Assembly: GCF_006345805.1 (NCBI RefSeq)
Contig: NC_043004.1
Location: 97,030,001-97,094,000, forward strand
DNA from: Octopus sinensis
Taxonomy: Eukaryota
DNA: 64,000 nt
Reading direction: 5' to 3'
Shown: in pieces, positions 1 through 13,090 of the stretch
Numbering within the stretch: the first letter of the stretch is position 1
How the letters are laid out: the number at the start of each line of letters is the position of its first letter
The notes under the pieces: generated by a model
The model's input: the letters and a program-made list of their open reading frames with translations, nothing else
The model's database searches: none
What the model was told of the DNA's origin: nothing
Translations under genes and position numbers: made by a program

Positions 1-31
1 ACTCTACCTCTGGTATTTGAGTACTCTACTC

Positions 32-62
<31 letters not shown>

Positions 63-787
63 GACTCACGCACATGCAAACATACATACATATATATAGT
101 TATACATGCATTTATATATATATGGATTAGTAATTATAAGATCCAAGGAATTAATTGCAAGAAGTTTTAAGCTTTGAGCAGTCCGTGGTAGGTATAAAAA
201 TAACGTTCAGAAGCAATAATAATCTATTGGTGTCGAGCGTTGTAGGTTTCCTATATCGATATTCGATAAGCTGAAAAAACTTTTATAGCTTACTGTTAGC
301 AATTTGAGTTGCTATAAATGCGAATAGAAATCAAAATTGAGGAAGGGGAGCAGGTAAAATTCAGGTGACATATATTTCCTACATAGTAGATCCTCTGATG
401 TAATAATTACTCACGAGGGGTACTCAGCTAGCTACTCATTAGGCTTAATTGTATTAATTGTATGAAGTTTCCTTAATTGGTATGAAGGTTACATTGTTGT
501 TAAGGAATCCTAAGTTAACTTGCTGAAGATGTAATTTGAAATTAGTGACGTAGCCGGAAGCACAGAGAAGAAAAACAAAATAAAATGACTGATAAAAAAA
601 GTTCGAAGAAATAAGATGGTCTGTAAGAAAACTGCAGGAAGAGATATTTAGGAGAGGGGAATTATCTAAAGTTGTTAAGAATATATAAATAAATATATAT
701 ATTTATATATTCTTAATGTTGTTATGTATACATACATACATATATATATACATGCGTACATACATACATTCACATACATACATACAT

Positions 788-834
<47 letters not shown>

Positions 835-836
<2 letters not shown>

Positions 837-3050
837 GGTTATATCGTTTTAATTTTTTGAAAGTAAACAATTTCCTGTATTAAAAGTCGATGAACAATTT
901 TATATAAATAAAGAAAATATCCTATAATTTAAGACTTTAATAAAAATGTCACCCCAACTGAGGAAATCTAACACCGCTTTTGACCCAAATCATGCAAAAT
1001 TCTACAGGGGTTCATAATGCCTTCTCAAGTTGTTACCAAACTTGGTGTGCTGACTCAATGCAATGCAGAAGCAGTATATCTCAAATTTCGGCTTTCAAGT
1101 TTACTTATAGAATTTTTAATTTGTTACCACTTAAGGCCCTACTTTAGGAAATATCTTCTTCCTCTCCTTTTTATTTCTGCGACACTAAAAACTCCGACTA
1201 CATTAACTGTTTTTCAGAATAGTAGGCTTATCCAACCAGATTATCTAAAATAATATCTCATAAGAAGTGCTTGTATCACTCAAAGAAACAAAAATATCTG
1301 GATGAAAAATCTCGTGCAAGTTCATGTCTCACATGAAAAGAAGACCTGTTACTCAAGAAGAGCATTCTTTGGAAAACAACTGCATGATACCAATGAAACT
1401 TCAAATTGTCGGTCGCCACCTGTTCCTTGGAGGTACCATCAAAGGAAAGAAAGAAATACAAAGGAAATTTAGAAAGAAGTAACTTATTTTATAGCAAAAG
1501 AAATTAAATTTCCCATATTTATCAATTCAAAATGTACAGGCAAAATTAGAAAAAGTACTGAATACTTACGATAAATGTGTAAAATGAGGAAAATATGATT
1601 CATTGAAAGAAATTTTTGACATCACAAAGGAAAACGGTCAATGACTTTGCAGTGAAGATAGAAGGTTATATTATCTTCAAATTGAAAGCAAAGGACAGGT
1701 TAGGTATAGAACTGGAAAGGCAGTCAGTTTCAAAACTATCCATCCGTCCAAAGAAGAAAAATGTCCTTAATGCCAACTTCAACCAGAGCAACTCCAGTAT
1801 CATCGTCAACGTCTAAAGCAGAGACTGAAAATGAATATCAAAAGTCCGAAAAATCAGATGAAGAATCCACACAAACAAGGAAGAAGTATAGCAAAACTAG
1901 AAGTGCAACCATGTTAGTAATATCTTCCATGCTATCAACCCAAAAAGCAGCAACAGTTTGTCGACAATTATCTCAAGATGCAATCGATGTCGAGACTCCT
2001 TCCCAATCTGGTATTACAAATCGACTATCAAAGAATCTGTTAAACTAAAAAAAAAAAAAGAACTGAAGAAAATGCTGCATTTCGGAAACTGATCATTGCA
2101 TTTCGATGGTAAACGTATTGCTGACCAAGAATACCAAGTGCTAGTTTTAAAGAATGGACAGAGAGAAGTTTAGTTAGAAGCACTCCAATTACCAAACGGA
2201 AAAGCCGATACTGTTGTGAAAGGAATAATAGCTGTTTTAGATGAATACAATTTATGGAACCGTGTAAAGATGATTGCCGCTGATACAACGAGTGTAAACA
2301 CTGCGAAAAGAAATGGCATTGTCATTCAGTTGCAAAGACTGTTTGCTCAAAAGGGCTTGAAAGAATCGCCATTTATTGGTTGTCAGCATCATATCTTTGA
2401 TAGAGTTCTTCTTGTTGTAATGGATAACGAACTTGGAGAAAAAAATCATTTCCCAATATGGAATAAACATTCATCCTAGAGCTTCTAATTAATTACGAGA
2501 AACTCCAGACTAATTTTAACAATGGAGAAGAAAAGATTACTGAATCAGCAGGATGGCGAGATGACATGAAATTTCAATTTCATTTGACCAGAGATTTTCG
2601 TTTCTTTGAAGAAACCGGCAAATTTCCTGTTGTAAAGTTTCAAAAAATACCCAACTTAAGTTATGCAAGATGGAATTCACGAGCAACACTAGATCTTTTG
2701 GCAGTTATTCTACCAGACAAAAGACTTTTGCCTCTCAATGATTGTCGATTTATCTCTTACCGCTGGGCAGATTTTTGGTTTTCTCACCAAATGTTCAATG
2801 CACATAATTATCAGAGCTTATGTGGTAGCCTGTAAGTTCATAAAAAGGCACGGATCTCCGTAAAAACCTTTTGAAATCGAGAACCATTAAAACTGGAAAT
2901 TCCCAGAACAAATCAGAATGCAGAACGGGCAATCGAGTGCCTTCAAGATCATTATAATGTTTGTAAAAAGTACAGAGAGAGGATAATAAATGAAACAAGA
3001 AATGAGAAAACCTAACAATGCAGAAATTTTAAAAAAAAACATAATTATCG
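835..3050 (+). mobile_element. Degenerate cut-and-paste DNA transposon with fragmented DDE transposase (hAT superfamily, hATm-like)
   Basis: Broken reading frames give, in order, HFDGK (2099-2113), ADTTSVNT (from 2279), GCQHH (C(2)H motif, ~2378-2392) and TNQNAERAI (2908-2934). This is the D/D/CxxH/E layout of hAT-type transposases. Stops and frameshifts throughout. Left end begins TAGGGT after (TA)n; no matching right TIR found. Confidence 0.7.
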
Positions 3051-3487
3051 AGTGAAAAGGCCTCTCTTCCAAAGGATACAGTGAAATGAATCTGTGCCTG
3101 CGTAGATCCTGTCAGTTTGGATAACCGGATGGGCAGGGACCCCGTTTTAATCCGGAGTTTTTGTTAGTAGCTGCACCCCACATGATGATGATGTTGGTAC
3201 CATACGCTGGGGAAGGCGGTGGAAAGCTAGCTGTAAGTTGGTAGCAGTGGTAGACGGTGTTGATGGTGGTGAATGTTATGGATCTAAGTGACACAGATTT
3301 CTTCGATAGTACCCTGCTGAATAAAGGACTCAGCGCCCGAAATATGAAGATTGTTGTAAACATTTTGCATTGTTAGAAGCTTTCCCCATTTCTCATTTCA
3401 TTTCTTATTCTACATGCACATATACACACACTAACATATGCACGAACACGCACATACACACGTAGGTTTGTGTGTGTCTGTATATGT

Positions 3488-3521
<34 letters not shown>

Positions 3522-4638
3522 ATGCACATGCGCATGTGAATGTGTGTGTGTGTGTGTTTGTTCACTTACACACATACATATATATCCCATACATACTAGC
3601 AGACACGCATAAATTGATTTAAAAATTCTTAATGTCAATTGTTAGTTCAAATACTTCGTATGTGCCTGATCATGCATTCCCTATATGCACACACATATTG
3701 ACTGTACGCATGCCCGTGTATGTAGTTAGTGAGTGTGTATTCGTTTGTATCCATAAGAACTTGTTTATATGAATATACACTTCAGTATGCGTGAAAGAAT
3801 GTGCTTCTACATGTATATACGAATGTATGTGTGCGCACATTTAATTTCTGTGAGGTTTTATTCATATATTGATATATGTCTTTCCTAGTTTTTAAGTTTA
3901 TTTAAAACTATAGCAGTTTCAAATATATTCCAGAAAAAAAACTTTTGAAATTAGTAATACCCACAGATTTTCATTTGGATTTCTTTGGATTTTATTCTGT
4001 ACAAGAAGTTTCTCTATATATGTATATTGTTGTGGTTCTTAGCGGTGTGTATCTTTAGATATGTAGACAAGAGCTTGTGTACGGGCATAAATTTTTGTTT
4101 TTGTAAACGTGTATTTGTTCTAAACCTGGAAACTTAGTTTGAAAATATTTCTTACGCTTTACATATGAGCAATATGTTTGTATAAAAACATAACATTTTT
4201 TTGTGGTTATGTGTATAACTATAAGGGTATATTTTACATATGAGATGATGCAGTTATCTCATTGGCTATGTAGTTGTCTGTGTGTCTTTTTCTAATTGTG
4301 CTCTTCGATTGTTTTGTTCAACCGTTTTAGAAATAAATCAGATTATATTTGCTTGTGTGTGCACTGGGGTGCATGTTGCACGCATTAACTTTCCCAAGTG
4401 TTCATGAGTGTATCTTCAAGTGCATTCCATATATACAGGCGTATATACTTGGGTATTTATATATTGTTCTCTCCCTCCCTCTCCGTGTACACACACACAC
4501 ACATACACGTATAAGATACAGCTGTGCATCGTTAACCAGCTGGAGGAGATGTCCCCTTGGGGTTAAAAAGTCACAGTAGAGCTCGCTGGAATGGACAGCC
4601 ATGTTAAAGTGGTTACGAATATTATATATATATGTATA

Positions 4639-4680
<42 letters not shown>

Positions 4681-5669
4681 ATATATATGCATACATACAT
4701 CATACATGCATATATACACACATACATAAATACATACATACTACCACAAATAGTTCTTTTTACAAAAGTCCAACATGTTCACAACATCAGAAAGCACAAT
4801 AAAATTAACAGAATTAATATTCCAAATATAGGAAAATAATTACGGAGATAATGCAAATGAAGAAGTAGCACAAAATGAATGAAAACACACTACTTACTCA
4901 AGAAACTTTATATCCTCAGCTGCCGAATGTATTGTCTTTATTGTTTTAATATCAAAGACATGACCATTCCGCCTGACGGTATCAGAAGTTTTATCTATGA
5001 ATAACAATAACCCTTTCTATTCTAAGCAGAAGTTTTGAAATTTCTGCCAGTTCGCCGCCTTCTATGAATAACAATAATGGAAGCTTTCTGATTACGTATA
5101 ATTCTTATAATAATAATAATTATTGTTTGGTTAATTTTGCTGTCAGTCTGTCTGTCTCTCTCGCTATTTATTAATACTAACAGAAGAGTCGACTTCGACT
5201 GAGCGGATAGAGAGAGAGAGAGAGAGGCCACTGGTAGTAAAATTTCCAGAAAAACAAAATTGAAAAAGAGGTCACTACTCTATTTATATCTTACGTATAT
5301 CATATATATATATGCTGTTTTTATGTCTCGAGAAATTGTCATTATGAGAGAATATTCATAGTCCTAAAAATGATGCAATATAATGGTAGTGCTTATTTAC
5401 TGGCCGATCGTGCTTATTTCACGTGCTTTAGTGGCTAGCAGGAGGAACAGCCTGGTACTAGACAAGCTATCCTAGGATACCTCAGTCGATGCCGCTCACG
5501 CGGGGACTGGAGGTTCGCATCTCTGTGCAGAGCGGGTTAAGTAAGTGGTGTGGAAGGAGAAGAGAAGATGAGACAGAGAGATGAAGATGAGGTATACATT
5601 TCGAGATTCAACTGACCACGGTTATTAGTCTGCTTACAGAAATGCTTAATGGGTGTATAAATCGTTCTC

Positions 5670-5715
<46 letters not shown>

Positions 5716-5850
5716 TATATGAAACACACATATATATATACACATATATATGTATATACATACATATGTACATGCATACGTACATACATGTATATATATA
5801 TACATATACATATATATATATATTCTTTATATGAGTTCGTATGTTGAAAC

Positions 5851-5990
5851 ATATTCTGTTGTGTCTGGGGAGAGTCATTTTCTTTTTGTGCCTTATAATG
5901 TAACACACTCACCGGTAAAATTTCCACTTATTTCTTATTTTTACTTACCTAAAACTTTCGTTGTCTCTTGCAACCTTTTTAATTATTTAC
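5851..5990 (+). repeat. Dispersed ~140-bp repeat, copy 1 (inverted partner at 6345-6500; third copy ~44320-44420)
   Basis: 5865-5940 matches the reverse complement of 6420-6497 with about 2 differences in ~76 bp. Confidence 0.85.
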
Positions 5991-6344
5991 ACTGCACACA
6001 TATAGAGATGCACATCCATACATACAAACATGGTACATTAGTTGTATAACACACGCGCACACACACACTCACACACACAGTCAAACATGCACACACAAGG
6101 AGACAGAGGTGCATACATATACAAACACACGCTCACACAGATATACATAGAAAATTCACAAAGACATGAATATGCAGGATACATACATACAGATACACAC
6201 ACATGCATACATATATACATATGCATACATACACATATATACATACATACACATGCATACACACATACACACGTACATACATGCATGCATGCATAGGCAC
6301 ACACACTGACCCACACACATGCGCGCAAACAAACAAAAAGGAAT

Positions 6345-6500
6345 GCAGTGTAAATAATGGGCAGAGTCAAAACTATTGAAAAGGTTGCAAGACGCAACGA
6401 AAATTTTAGGAAAATAAAAATAAGAAATAAGTGGAAATTTTCACCGGTGGGTGTGTTACATTATAAGGCACAAAAAGAAAATGACTCTCCCCAGACGCAA
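6345..6500 (-). repeat. Dispersed ~140-bp repeat, copy 2 (inverted relative to 5851-5990)
   Basis: Direct sequence match, as for copy 1. Confidence 0.85.
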
Positions 6501-6516
6501 TTGTATATATACACAA

Positions 6517-6570
6517 AAGAATTAGTGTACATTTAAACACGTAAGAGTGTTTAAATGTACACTAATTCTT
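6517..6570. repeat. Perfect 24-bp inverted repeat with 6-nt loop
   Basis: AAGAATTAGTGTACATTTAAACAC-gtaaga-GTGTTTAAATGTACACTAATTCTT. Confidence 0.95.
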
Positions 6571-6660
6571 ATAAAGAAAATATGTTGTCTTTTGACATTT
6601 TATACATACTAGGCCACTGGTAGTAAAATTTTAAAATATTGCTACCTTATCTTAATCTTA

Positions 6661-6668
6661 TTATATAT

Positions 6669-6712
<44 letters not shown>

Positions 6713-6737
6713 ACATATATATATATATATAAATATG

Positions 6738-6768
<31 letters not shown>

Positions 6769-6864
6769 ATATATGCGTGTATACATATGCATGTATATAT
6801 TTATATAAATATGGTATATATATATACATGTATATATATGTATATATATATATATATAATATAT

Positions 6865-6902
<38 letters not shown>
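6661..6902. repeat. Interrupted (TA)n microsatellite (representative of dozens in the window)
   Basis: Direct reading. Confidence 0.95.
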
Positions 6903-7297
6903 GGGAGAGAAAGTGAGAGAAATAGTTTTCGATTCCTATATTTTGGACGTCAGAGATGAATATATTTAGCATCGCAGAACGCTATATAGAGAAGAGAAAA
7001 ATAAAACATTTTCTAATTAGGTGCAAGTCTGTCTTCAACATTCTTCTAAATTTATATTTATCTCTTGGGCACTTACTTATCTTCCAACTTACACCAAACT
7101 TGATCCTTGTTGGATATCAACTTATAATCACAATAAAGTGGAGAAAATAAAATAACGAATATAGTAATATTTAGAACTGAAAATATTATTAACGATAAAT
7201 TCAGCATTAAAATCATTACATATCATGTAAGCTTTTAAAAACATTCAACTTATCTTCATTAAAATGAAGAAAAATATATGTACATATATTTACTATA

Positions 7298-7658
7298 TAC
7301 GTGGCACTCCGTCGGTTACGACGACGAGGGTTCCAGTTGATCCGATCAACAGAACAGCCTGCTCGTGCAAATGGCTGAGCACTCCACAGACACGTGTACT
7401 CTTAACGTAGTTCTCGGGGAGATTCAGCGTGACGCAGAGCGTGATAAGCCTGGCCCTTTGAAATACAGGTTCAACAGAAATAGGAAGAAAGAGTGGCGAA
7501 AGAGTATAGCAGGGTTCGCCACCACCTCCTGTCGGAGATTCATGGAGCTTTAGGTGCTTTCGCTCAATAAACACTCACAAGGCCCGGTCTGGGAATCGAA
7601 ACCATGATCCTACGACCGCGAGTCTGCTGCCCTAACCACTGAGCCATTATGCCTTCAC
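7298..7658 (-). mobile_element. tRNA-derived SINE family A (head H1 + tail T1; octopus OR-like)
   Basis: A-box/B-box head, body shared with other copies, TSD ATTTACTATA at 7288-7297 and 7659-7668. Confidence 0.9.
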
Positions 7659-9647
7659 ATTTACTATAATAACCTACGATAAGCTATGTTATTTATGTTT
7701 ATCCTCCTAAAACGCTTTCACATATTTTGCACCTAGGCAACGTTGGATTACTCTGCTAATTCATGTAATCTACATGCTGTGAGGAAGATATCTGGCGCAG
7801 TTTAGCTCAAGCTGTCACCATCTTACCCGGCAATTACCGTATTTGTTCTTAAGATAGAACGGTATTTGAGAGTGAATATTTGTCTCCCTTGTAAAAGTGG
7901 CGACCTAGTATTTTGAAACGGAAATTGCGTCTTCTAAAGAAATATTTGAGAAAGCGACACCATAATAAATTGGAGCTCGAGCAATTAGGGGATTCGCATA
8001 AGATCTCATAAACTTTTTTCCATAAATGTTCACAAGCGAAGAAAATGTGTAGAAAAATATCGAATTTCGAAACACATTTTTCTTTAGAATAATGTAAGAA
8101 AAAATTCCTGGTCTTAATAGATTAACATTTTCCTGGAGGTACTAAAGTAAAACTTTTAACAAACCATCTTTAAAGGTCAGAGATATTTTTACTCCCAACA
8201 ACAAGAAAATAATCTCAAGTAGAACCACCAGACTGATAATTCCAGATTATACATTCATAAATCCAAAACCCTGCTCACAAGATCAGACACGCAACGTAAC
8301 TCAGTATTATACGAATCTGAAGTCATCTCAAGACACAAAATAAAAGGATCGATAAAAGAAATAGCAAGATATAGCAAGAAATTAACAAACGATCTCATGA
8401 CACAGGTAGATAACATTATCATTTACTGCATCAAATGGAAAACTCCGGAGAAATGAAACCCATATGTGAATGGATGAAAACTGCAGGTTCTGTAATGTAG
8501 AAAACATCCTGCCAAATTCAGAGTTACGCAAACTATTTAACTTCGAATTTAGCTAATTCACTTAGTGTATCCATCAACTCAAGATTGTCACATCCAAATG
8601 GATAATACCTCCTTCACTGGAATGACAGTATAACAGTTACCCAGACGTGCACCCATGTTGTGCCCAAAACAGACGCCATAAATCTACACTGTACACTGAG
8701 CATAAAACATTTCTTCCTTTTGATATACTTCCAGTTTTAGACATAAAACATCACTACTGTATGCCAAAATACTTATACATCCCAACATTCGACGAGAACA
8801 CACGCACCATGAATAAATACATAAATTCCTGCACAACACAATATGTCTACAAAACACATTTTCCCTGTTAAATAAAAAAAATAATATGTTAGGTTTTAAA
8901 ATGAAATAATTTGCTGACGGCAGAAAGTGCTCAAATTTTGTTGTAAAACGCTAATTTATTGAAACTTCAATTTTTTAAAAATTACAAGTTATCATTTTTG
9001 TAAAAAAGCATTAAGGGTGCCAGGTTAGATAGTAAGGGGGTGTTCTAAGTTAAGCGAGATATCATTCTCACAATATAGAACGTGATCTAATATAGAACAT
9101 GATAGAAATTAAACCAGATATCATTCGCACAATATGGAACGTATGTAGTTTGGCGAAAAGAATATAATGAATATAAAAAAATTATTAGCTCACAAATATA
9201 TTGAGTACTTCAGTTTGTAAGACTCACCAACAAATAGTTCACCACATACATACACACATACATACATACACACACATATACATACATACGCACATATATA
9301 CACACAAACATGTATGCACATACATGTACAGGCATACTTACACATGCATAAACATATGCCCAACTACATACACCTATTATGTGTGTGTACGTGTTGGTGA
9401 TTTCATATGAGTGCGTAGATATGCATGCTTTTATTTATCTATTTCTGAGGCTCTAATACGTCATTTGAAGAACATTTATTCTCGTTATGTGTATAGTTAT
9501 GTTGCTTGTGAGTACACTGTAAGTTTGTATGTAAATGTGTATGTCTCTGTGTCTACATATTTTTCCTTCAGACATCAGCAAACTATATATTTTTTCAGTC
9601 TAGAGAACTTACCTGACTCCTAGCTTATTTCTTCTTTTTATATATAC

Positions 9648-9772
<125 letters not shown>

Positions 9773-10069
9773 ATGCGTGTATGTACATATGTGTACGTAT
9801 ATTGTACATATCATATATACATATATATATATATAAATACATACATATGTGTGTATGTGCGTTTATATATGTATTGTATACGTATATTTGTCCATGAGGA
9901 AGTTTTATGTTAAGGAATACAAAACAATCAAGAGAAACACCAGGTTGGGGAAGAGAGAAAACAACCAAACAGTTCACACCACAACTCCCTAGTCACTCTC
10001 TCACAACTCTACTACCTTATTCTAAGATGCAAACCAACAACTAAAACCTATGCTAAAATTTAAGGTCAA

Positions 10070-10071
<2 letters not shown>

Positions 10072-10122
<51 letters not shown>

Positions 10123-10213
10123 TATTTTTATTATTATTATCAATAATATAATAATAATAATAATATTGATGATGGTGATGATGGTGATGATGATAATAAT
10201 AATAATAATAATA

Positions 10214-10269
<56 letters not shown>

Positions 10270-10347
10270 TTGATGATGGTGATGATGGTGATGATGATAC
10301 TAATAATAATAATAATAATATTGATGATGGTGATGATGGTGATTATG

Positions 10348-10386
<39 letters not shown>
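10072..10386. repeat. (TAT)n followed by (TAA)n/(GAT)n compound microsatellite
   Basis: Direct reading; source of the poly-Ile ORFs in the track. Confidence 0.95.
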
Positions 10387-10387
<1 letters not shown>

Positions 10388-10967
10388 CCACCTTAAAAGA
10401 GCACAAAACGAAACCAAAAAGAAAAGATGAAAAAAATGATAAAGCATTATAAACACACACACACACACCACATACACACACACACATACACACACAGAGA
10501 AGAGTAATAAACGAAGAAGGTGTCATTTTCAATCAAAATATTTACATTTTCCCAGAAATCATGACTGTTATTTTATTCTTCCTCCTTCCCAGCTTTCTCT
10601 CTCTCATCCATTCCTTACCATTTCCTTGTTAATATTTTTTCTTCAATTTTTTTTGTATTTGCTTTTCTCTTTACCTCAATATTTATGTGTCCAAGAATAG
10701 CCCCTTTATTCCTGAAAGGTTTGGGGGGTAGGTATAAAGAATTTGACCCCCAATCTCTCTCTCTCATCTTTCTTTGCTCCACCCCTTACTTCTCCGTGAA
10801 GAAATCCCTCTTTAGTTACTTATTAATTTTCATCATGTTCTCCTTAGACTTCTGTCAAATTTAATCAGTTTCCGAAACGAAAAAAAACGTGTCGACTGCT
10901 TTCTTTATTAGTATTTGTTTCTTGTTATTGTTGTTGGAGTACATGTTGTTTTTGTTGTCGCTGTTGC

Positions 10968-10971
<4 letters not shown>

Positions 10972-11008
<37 letters not shown>

Positions 11009-11031
11009 TATTATTATTATTATTATTATTA

Positions 11032-11111
<80 letters not shown>

Positions 11112-11232
11112 TATTATTATTATTATTATATTATTATTATAATTATTATTATTATTGTTATTATTATTATTTTATTATTATATTATTATTATTATTATTG
11201 TTATTATTATATATTATTATTATTATTATTAT
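10972..11232. repeat. (TAT)n microsatellite
   Basis: Direct reading; source of the poly-L/Y/I ORFs in the track. Confidence 0.95.
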
Positions 11233-11722
11233 ACTAAATATTCAGCCACATCCTTCTCCGTCTTATTTTTGTGTTTCTCCTACCGTTTTATTCTTTTCTT
11301 TTGTTTTCTACTTACATCTTTTCCTTTCTTTCTTGGCAATCACACTTTCTCTACCTGTCTGTCTGTTTGTCTCTCTCTCTCTCTCCCTCTCTCTCTCTTT
11401 ACCATTTTCAAGCCATGTCTATTCTCTGCAACACATTTTTTCTCCATCTTCTCTCGTTTCTCTTCTTTTCATTCCAGTCTTCTTTTTCTTTCTTATTTAC
11501 TTTTTTTTCTTCTCTGTTATCGTTACTTCTTCTCCTCTTCACCATGGTCAAAATCAACCTCATCTCTGCTCAGTCTGACATTAAGTACATCCATCTGTTA
11601 TTGCTTAAACCATTTCATCTTTATCATGGGCATTCTCCGCTTTGAGATTTATCTCCACCTTTTAAATCCCTCTTGTAGAATCACAGCAGAACGGCATCAT
11701 AATAAATGGTCCTGCTAGTTGT

Positions 11723-11754
<32 letters not shown>

Positions 11755-12125
11755 GTGTGTGTGTGTGTGTGGTGTGTGTGTGTGTATGTGTGTGTGTGTG
11801 TGTGTACCATTATTAACTACGTTCGGTGGTTGTGATGACTGGCAGGGCAGTAGCACCACAGAGAAAACACTCCAAAACATTTCCTTTCATTGCAATCTGA
11901 TCTGAGGTTCACATCATACTGAAATTTACTTTACATGACAGCACAACCAGGGTCATAGAATAAGCATTAGACATGGTCTGCAGTAAATAAAATTTAGTAT
12001 GCGTGAAAGCTTGCTTGTGGGTACGACTTCTTCTTTGGAATATACTCTCATTTAAATTGTATTGTACACTATTTCATCATTCTATACCCAACCCTTTTCC
12101 TCCTACGAGTTGTGACAGAAAATCT

Positions 12126-12152
<27 letters not shown>

Positions 12153-12157
<5 letters not shown>

Positions 12158-12320
12158 GAATTTACAAAAAACAAAAGACGAAGACGGGTGTGTAAACAAC
12201 AAATAGATGTATTAGTTTAACGCACGGGAAGTGAGAAAGTCTTTTACGTTTCGAGCCTACGCTCTTAGACAGAAAGTAACACAGAAATAAACAGGGAGAG
12301 AAAATAAAAAATGTAAATAA
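12153..12320 (-). repeat. ~180-bp (TA)n-associated repeat with hammerhead-like motif, copy a (motif 12241-12276)
   Basis: Minus strand reads CTTT-CTGTCTA-A-GAGC-GTAG-GCTC-GAAA-CG-T-A-AAAG. Confidence 0.8.
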
Positions 12321-12634
12321 GTACTCGATTGTGTTAACCTCATGAAGGGATGGTTTCGTCCAAGGAAATACTGATTCAATACCTAGAATTTTGGGGAAAT
12401 TAATTTCCTTAAAATAATAGGTATATATATAAAAACATATAGTTTCTATTCATATAAAAGTAAAAGAAAATGGAGATTGGAGAGTTACTAATTTTTTGCT
12501 ACTAACAGCAAATTAATCATCATCCCTTACAGCTGTTTCAATTACTACTCAATAAATATTGAGTAAATATTAAATTCCCCAGCAGAGGGGAAAAAATATA
12601 CACCTTGGATATTTTGTATGTATGGATTCATTAT

Positions 12635-13090
12635 AGCAGACTCATCTTATGTATGGCAGCTGAAAGACGACGGGATTCCATACACAATGTCATGGAGAAT
12701 CCTAGAAAATCCAGGCGCCTATATAAACGGGTCCAAGCGCTGTAAATTATGCACAGCGGAACGGGTGAGGATTCTAAAGGACTCCCTCGACCCGAGGAAC
12801 ACCCTTAACTCCAGAACGAAGGTCTTCGGTCCGTGCTTGCATTTCAAGAAATTCCTGCTGGCCTATTGGAACCCACAGGATAACGGGTCACTGGCGATCG
12901 ACAGCCAAAGGGAGACAATCATCTGTTACTGACATTGAGTAGCGTGGTCCTTTCCTCCTCCATATTCTAGAGAAGCGACTCGCTAGAGAGGCTTTAAGCC
13001 AACAGGTTTTGGGATCTGATGATATGCTGTAAAGCTAAACGCTTAATGGACGTGAAACCCAGGGTAATCCCATAAACCGACTTTATCTAA
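12635..13090 (+). mobile_element. Penelope-like element 3' fragment (GIY-YIG endonuclease C-terminus plus 3' UTR)
   Basis: ORF 12618-12932 YVWQLKD...WRILE...KRCKLCTAERVRIL...LNSRTKVFGPCLHFKKFLL resembles the CxLC...E...LN C-terminus of PLE GIY-YIG domains. A hammerhead fold follows in the UTR. Confidence 0.8.
13005..13078 (+). ncRNA. Type I hammerhead ribozyme (PLE-associated, minimal helix III)
   Basis: Helix I GGTTTTGGGAT/ATCCCA(T)AAACC; core CTGATGA (13016-13022); imperfect helix II closed by an AAGC/GCTT hairpin; GAAA (13054-13057); helix III A-CCC-A-GGG-T; cleavage triplet GUA (cut after 13066). Confidence 0.75.

Noticed and set aside
4520-4610. Minus-strand ELYCDFLTPRGHLLQL, faintly like the PI3K p110 adaptor-binding domain
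   Set aside because: Only a few residues match, splice sites are unconvincing, and no other exons of such a gene were found.
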